From Octopus vulgaris (lineage: Eukaryota): a stretch of DNA of 64,000 nucleotides. Of this stretch, positions 57,120 to 64,000 are shown one piece after another (within the stretch, counting starts at the first letter, position 1; every line of letters starts with the position of its first letter). A program made the position numbers and the translations under genes. The DNA is taken from assembly GCA_951406725.2 (NCBI GenBank), contig OX597819.1, positions 101,432,001 through 101,496,000 on the forward strand, in the 5' to 3' direction. Under the pieces are notes generated by a model that was not told where the DNA came from, ran no database searches, and saw nothing but the letters and a program-made list of their open reading frames with translations.

Positions 57120-58076
57120 TTAGTAGAGTTCGCCGTTGGAATAACCGTCTTAAGGATAAGAAAATGTTAAACTTGGGCATACATATGCAAACATATTATG
57201 CTCATAGGATACAGACAATGACAAAGATAAAGAAGAGTTTATCAGGAATCAAATTTACATTAAGCAGAAAGTGGAGAAATCTTGATCAACAGATGAGTAG
57301 AATCGAGTATTGCTTTTTAATACAAAATTCAATCCCATCCAACAGCCGTGTCTGCTTTCAATCTCCTACGGTAGTGCCATTGAAAATTCTCGGAATAATA
57401 TTCGTCATATTTTGTAACACATCCGATCTGGAACATGGAGCTTCATTAGAGCGAAGAAAAATCATCAAAGAAAAGAAAAGTGGAAGAGCCTCGAGAAGAA
57501 GAATGAAGGCTTAATATATTTTAGTCATACCGTTTTGCAGTGTAACGCTTCAGAATTTTGAGCAAATGTTTAAACTAGAAATAGTAATTAGTGGGTTAAA
57601 TTTTTTTAGGTGTAAGAGGGTATATAAATAATAAAAGATGGGGCACACCAATGGGTCTAGAAAAAGAGAGAGTGATAGTGCCAGAACGTTTAGAAGATAT
57701 CACAATAGTTCTCAAGATCATGTTAATAGTACTAATTAATAGTTTATCCAAGTAAAATGCCGATCAATTAATTACATGTATTTACTTGCTGATATATTGT
57801 AAAGACCAACCTACAATTGCCTATAATGGGATTAACCAAAGTCCAGATTTCAATATAAGTGGTCAGTTAAAGTTAAAATCATAGGGCAAGCTATTAAGAC
57901 TGTTATACGGATAGATGTAAATAAAAAATAAATATAAATAAGTAAAAGTATGGAGAAGTAATATATGTTATAAGTGGCCAAAGGCTGCTTAAGACATAAA
58001 TAAAAAAAACTAAAATGTAAACAAGCACCATGCGAAGTAAAGAACATCACCCGCAGTGTCATCAAAACCTAGAGAG

Positions 58077-58202
58077 GTCTCTATTTGGACCATTGCGGGT
58101 TAAGGCGGTTGGAGAGTGGGGGGAAGTGGACAAAAGCTTTATAAAGCTTTTGTCCAAATTCCCCCCTCAACCACCTTAACCCGCGATGGTCCAAATAGGG
58201 AC
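58077..58202. repeat. Near-perfect 126-bp palindrome (fold-back)
   Basis: ctatttggacca..gcgggttaagg..tggacaaaagcttt AT aaagcttttgtcca..ccttaacccgc..tggtccaaatag. Confidence 0.9.
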
Positions 58203-59464
58203 GAATATGAGTCAACTAGCTCGAAACTGAGTCATTTTGCTAGAGGATAGAAGGGGTTCGCAATATATATTTTATATTCAGGGTTTAGCGCTGTACCGAT
58301 AATCAGTTGATGGAAGAACTGCCTGAGGTTAAACTAGTAGCAACATGGAACAGTCACTTTCATGTGGGGATTGACTTCAAACCTTAGTATAGTCACTACT
58401 CTGATCTCTTCTTGAGATTTTTACAAGCAGCTCTTTTGCTTGTTGCAAATCAGTGACTGATGGTCGTTCTGTTTACACTACATTGTTGACTGGAGCGGAT
58501 CCTGGCTATCGCTCTGGAGACCGTGTATTCGCGACTGGAGATCAGCCAACCTCGAAACTGAGTCAGTCTCGCAATCCCCTTGTCTGCTAGAGGATTGTAA
58601 GGGTTCACTCCTCCTGCTTGCAATTATCTACTATAATAATAATCTTATGTTTTTCTCCGTCACAACATATGAATGAGAAATGAAACGGTGGTAGATGAAT
58701 AACGAAGGAATGGGAGATGACAAACTGGCAGAGGGAGCGTTTCAAATCTCTGTGCGTATGTAAAGTCAACGTGCGTATATGTGTCTGTGTGTGCGCAATG
58801 GGAGTGGGATTGTGGACATTCAACGCTGAAAAGAAAAAATCAAACAGCGTTTCAAATCTGTGTGGGTATATGTGTGTATGTGTGTGCGTTTACAAGGGAA
58901 GTATATGAATGACTGTATATGTGAACCAGCGTTCTTTCAGAAGCAAACGATGATCGATGTAACATCTTAAATGACAACCGTTAGATAACATCGACAAGGG
59001 TATTAATTTGATTTACCATCCATATTTATATATATAAAATGCTATAATTAGCCGTCATTCTTGACGCCACGGGTCAGCTTGTATTATTTATATAGAGCGA
59101 GGCAAGGCCTCGAAAACCGGTTGACGGAAGATCTATCTGGAGTTAAACTAATAGTAACATGTAACAGCCACTTTGACGTGGCGATTGACTTTACTATTTA
59201 GTATAGTTACTACTCTAATCTCTTCTTAAAATTTGACAACCAGCTATTTTGCGAAATTATCGTATCTCTAGCTTCTTCAAATGCAAAAGATATCAAAAAT
59301 TGGCAGTGTTGTACAACGGAATTGCGATGAAATGGTGAAACTACTTTTTCGTTTTTTGAAAAAAGCAACGTTTCGGACTTGCGACACTTTTGCATAACAT
59401 CTGTATTTGTGTATGTGTGTATTATATATATATATACATGTGTGTGTGTGTGTCTGTATGTATA

Positions 59465-59621
59465 AAATACAAAATGGGACAAGAACGCAAAACATCCGGA
59501 CAGTTAGGTGATACGAAAATGGGACAACACATCCAGATAGAAGATACAGAGAAAACAAGGAAGGTTAATCGAAGTTTTCTTTCCTCGGTCAAGTACCAGA
59601 TTATCTTCGCAATTTCGGCTG

Positions 59622-59625
<4 letters not shown>
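59465..59625. repeat. Dispersed repeat family Y, partial
   Basis: Homologous to 42140-42310. Confidence 0.8.
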
Positions 59626-59699
<74 letters not shown>

Positions 59700-59842
59700 T
59701 ATATACATACACATAAATATGTGCTAGAATAATTGTCCGGTTTCCGACAGTTGCCTTTTGCGTCTGAATACGTAAGTATAAATATATACACGTATATATT
59801 TATACATTGTATACATATATCTCTCTCCCTCTCTCTTCTCTC

Positions 59843-59894
<52 letters not shown>

Positions 59895-60647
59895 TATATA
59901 TATATGTATATATACACACATATATATGGATAGAGAGAGAGAGAGACAAGGAGAGAAAGAAAGAATATCTGTGAATGTGTGGTAGATAGATAGATAAACA
60001 GATCGATAGATAGATAGAGAGAGAGAGAGGGGGGAGAGAGGGGGAGAGATAGAGATAAACAGACATGTAGGTTGATATTTCAATAGATTAAGCGACGGAT
60101 AAGAAGAAAAGGCGTTAAATGAGACCAAGTCGGTGTACATGGACAGAAGGCGAGAGAGAGCGGGAGTGCCCGAGTAAAAGAGAAATGGACAATGGACGGA
60201 GAGGAAGAGACTGAGAGGAAGAAAGGAGAAAAAAACTTAAAAACAGTAATGAAACAGAAAATGAATGAATTGTGTAATTTGTGGGATTGCACTCTGGGCA
60301 TTATTTAAGCTCTAATCAAGCAAAGACATGATCGAGTAGTACTGAAATCGTCACCGAGCCGTCCTCTTCGATTTTCTATACTTTAATATATTATAGAATG
60401 TGATAAACTTCTTTAAAGATGAATGTTGGGATTTAAGAAAGATTTTGATTTTATTTCCTGCGGTAGGAGGAATCACGTAGGTTAGTAATTATTCAAATTG
60501 CACATTAAAAATTGCTCAAGCAATAATTTCGAACAATAACAACAGCAGCAGCAGCTATTGCTATAACATGAAAAGCAGCAACAGAAACAACGGTGCGATG
60601 ATGTTGACGGCAACAACAACAACGACGACAACGACAACAACAACAGC

Positions 60648-60684
<37 letters not shown>

Positions 60685-60873
60685 GCAACAGTAGCATCAG
60701 CAGTAATGGTTAGTTCTAAAAGCTTTTGTGAAATATTCATACGTATGGATAAGTCACTCTTTCCCTATCTCTTCTCTCCTCCCCTCCTTATATATCTCTC
60801 TACGTATATATGTATGTATGTATAATATGTGTGTGCATATGTACGCACAGATATATATATATATATATATATA

Positions 60874-61170
60874 TACTAGCAGAGATACCCGGCGTTGCCC
60901 GGTTACATTCAATTGAAGAATTAGACTTTTCTGATATATTTTCTGTAATGAACGGGAATATCTATGTTTCGAATTTCATCAAAATTGCAGATTAGGGTTA
61001 TTTCCCTCTTTACACACCCTAAAAAATTTGTAATCGTCGCACATGTATGCCATACTACTGATTGTTATGCGTATATTCCAAAATTCCAGTCTTATTGAAC
61101 CTATTAAAAACATTTTGCTCCTAATAAATGAAGGTCATGGAGTCCTAAAATGTGAGAGTTAAGGCCCTGT
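60874..61170 (+). mobile_element. Possible Helitron-like non-autonomous element, 5' end
   Basis: actagcagagatacccggcgttgcccgg right after (TA)n resembles Lep1/HINE-type starts; recognised from memory only. Confidence 0.4.
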
Positions 61171-61374
61171 TGGGGGTGGGCATCTTAATGTGAACCAGAG
61201 AAGTTGAATTGTTGAAAATCTTTTTAACTTGGAATAACAAATCTCTGAACGAGGTATAAACAGTAACTGCACGACAATGTGAGGTATATTTGCCATCTCA
61301 ATATGGCTACCCAATAAGGGTGGGTGTTACTGTAGCTTGTAGCCCTAGGAGAGCATCGGTCTGTGCCTCCCCGA

Positions 61375-62977
61375 TCAGACCATCCGCACACGCACCAATC
61401 TTTTCGATAACACTTTGGCCAAAATCTTCAACTCTGTGTTTAGCAGAGTGATGGGCCGAAAATTATCAATACAATCCCCCTTGTCCGGGTTCTTTCTGAC
61501 AAGAGTCACTACTCCCCGGCGCACAAATCTGGGAATAAACCCGTTCTGCTGCCAATTCGCGTAGACCTCCGCCAGTAGGTGCCCGAACAAGTCTGGCATA
61601 CTCTTATATAACTCATAATGTAGACCATCCAGTCCTGGCACCTTGCCCGCACCGCAGTCCGCCATAGCCTCAGCCACCTCCTCAGGCGGGATCGGCCCTT
61701 TACAGCTCGCCGCATCTCGCCCCGATAGGCGCGGCAGCCCATCGAGGAGGTCCGTGAAGTCCCTCCTACTATCCGGTCCGCTGCCCCCACAGAAAAGCTG
61801 AGCGAATTGCTCCTGAAAGGCCTCACACATCTCCTCGGGTTCGACTATCAACTTACCTTGTTGGTTCGTCAAAGATCGAATTGTGGCATCATTACCACGT
61901 TGAGCCTCCACCACTCGGGCCCATCCTACGACGTTGATTCCCTCACAACCCCCTGCGCAGATCCTAGCCCTGACAATGCAGCCCATGTGTTTGACCTCGA
62001 GGTGCTGGTTTAACGCCAGTGTCTTGGCCGTTACCTGAGCCGCAGGGCCAGTTTTCATGGCTTCCTCTAAATCCTTAACTAGAGTTGATCTCCTCCTGGC
62101 CTCTCTAGCACTAATCTTATGCTATATCTAATAGACTCGAATTTTATGGCTCGTTTGATAGCATACCACCATTAATTATTAATGATGGCACCAGATATCG
62201 CCCTCTGAATCAAAGTCCTAATCCGGTCTCTGTACTCCTTGATCGCCAAAAGGGACGTATTAAGATTCCAATAACCAGAGCCTCTCTTATATACCTTATG
62301 TATGTCAAGCTTACAGGTGACCATTTTATGATCAATATAGCTGACCGGGTAAAACTGTGGACACTTAGGTATTTCTCTATCTGCTTTTCTAATTAGTACT
62401 CTATCTATGTATGTCCTGGAAGTTCCGTCGCTATTTGACCATGTCCACAATTGAGAGTTCGGAAATTCCAACCTATAAGGATCTGCTAGCTCAAAGCGAC
62501 TTAGCAGTTCCAGGAAGCCAGGGTTACCTTTCCTATCTGTACACGAGCCAACATAATCTACATCCGCCTTGTAAATTGTGTTGTAGTCTCCTAGCACAAC
62601 TAATGAATGTGAAGTACTAAGAAACTTCTCTAGCTCTCGAAAATACTCACTTTGCCCAGATGATGATGAGGGTGCATAAATTGCAATCAGTTACTGAACG
62701 TCAAATCCATGACGACTGAAAAAATTAACTTTTTCTCAAAAACCCGGTTTCTTTTTAATAGGACTAACACGCCACTCCTGCCGGTAGGACTGCCTGGAGA
62801 GAAAAAACTCTCGTAGCCGTTCAACAGCGGGAGCAGATCTCTTGGCTCCTCTAACCGAGTTTCTGTAGCAACAATGACATCCAAATTCCGCGACCTGATA
62901 TCATTAAGGAAGCGACCCTGCTTCCAGCTTGATCTCAGGCCACGCATATTCAAGCAACCAACATGAATGTTAGACAT
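61375..62977 (-). pseudogene. Tx1/L1-clade LINE ORF2: APE endonuclease plus RT N-terminus, disrupted and 3'-truncated
   Basis: MSNIHVGCLNMRGL, DVIVATET, LGDYN, TYIDRV, IDHKMV, GYWNLNTSLL, PGLDG, NFRPITLLNTELKILAKVLSKRL. Confidence 0.92.
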
Positions 62978-62999
62978 TACTTACCTCAGTATCAGTGGT

Positions 63000-64000
63000 T
63001 CAGCGTTTTTTCATCCTCGTTTTCTTTTTCTCGGGCTCGTGGCGTATTTGGTCGTAGGCCCTCGTAAATATATGGAGAAAATCCATTCTTAGAGGGCCTA
63101 CGCCGTGGAAGAATTCGGACTTAATCCGCCCGTAATCCTCCCGGCCTATCTTGTAGATAAGGAAGTCTTTTGATGTACTTTTTTCAACTCGTTTGACAGT
63201 TGGGATAACTGCCAAACGGTTGACTAGTCTGTTGTTTGAGGCCTTTATGGCCATGTACGTATTGTCTTTCTCTTGTTCATTTTTCTTTTTTATATTCAAT
63301 TTGGGAGGGGCGGTCTGTGTTTTTTTCCTTTTCCTTAAAAGTAGTCGACCAGTCTTTCTCTTCACTTTCTTCTGTCGCTGGTGATGTAACATCTTTAGGT
63401 GTTGGTGCTGGTGTTTCTTTTAGTGTTGGTACTGGTGTTGTCTCATCTGGTGTTTCTTCTTTTCTTTCCTTCTCTTTTGGTTGGCACTCGGCCCTTGTGT
63501 GTCCCTTCAACTCGCAGCTGAAGCATCTCGGTTTTCTGGCTTCCACGTATACTATCAGTCTCTCACCTCCGCCAACATTTATGGCTTTTGGAATTTCTTC
63601 TAATGTTGCCACCTCCGCTTGAATTACCATCGTCAAGCATTGCCCTTTCCAATGCTCTTCCTCTTCCACTGAGGCCTGGAGAATATTTATTTTTTCCTCC
63701 AGGCCTAATGTTATTGCTGCCACTAAACAAGAGGCATCCACTTCAGGGGGTAAGTTATTTATTTTTGATGTTCTTCCTCCCATGAATATTGGAAGAAGAA
63801 CCACCTCCTCTGTTTTGAGTGTCTCCGAAGAGTACCTTTTGGCTGCTTCTTCTGTTTTGAACCTTACTTCCAATGTACCGAACCGTTTTCCACGGTTGAT
63901 GTAGGTGATTTCGGGTCAAATTGGTTTCAGGCATTTTTCTACATTTTTTCCTCTATTCTTTGTATCATTTTTTAAACTATGCTGTACGTCTTGTATATGA
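63000..64000 (-). pseudogene. Tx1/L1-clade LINE ORF1 (gag-like, zinc knuckle), frameshifted; runs off the window
   Basis: CFSCELKGHTRAEC (CX2CX4HX4C) at 63484-63525; directly upstream of ORF2 on the same strand. Confidence 0.85.

Noticed and set aside
57335-57455. Possible long hammerhead on the minus strand (CTAATGA...GAAAGCAG)
   Set aside because: Core G5 altered, no helix I and no valid NUH in register

Overview
AT-rich, microsatellite-saturated eukaryotic DNA. The repeat repertoire (tRNA-derived SINEs with internal microsatellites, Tx1-, RTE- and Dong/R4-like LINE remnants, mariner relics, a Penelope-like element) looks like an octopod cephalopod intron or intergenic region; the organism is my inference. 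I find no credible host protein-coding gene, and almost all ORF-track entries are microsatellite translations. Recognisable coding remnants are two Tx1/L1-clade LINE pieces (8.5-10.1 kb and 61.4-64 kb), RTE and Dong/R4 fragments, a decayed Neptune-type Penelope RT+GIY-YIG ORF (39.9-41.8 kb) and four mariner relics. Main hunt result: about nine dispersed minimal type-I hammerhead-ribozyme-like motifs (intact to decayed) from several unrelated small repeat families, mostly between (TA)n tracts. One family also lies just upstream of the Penelope ORF, suggesting a diverse Penelope-pLTR/retrozyme-like population. Second result: a tRNA-derived SINE whose 3' tail matches the 3' end of a Tx1-like LINE found in (GATA)n arrays, a candidate SINE-LINE partnership. 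All folds and alignments were done by eye and boundaries are approximate.
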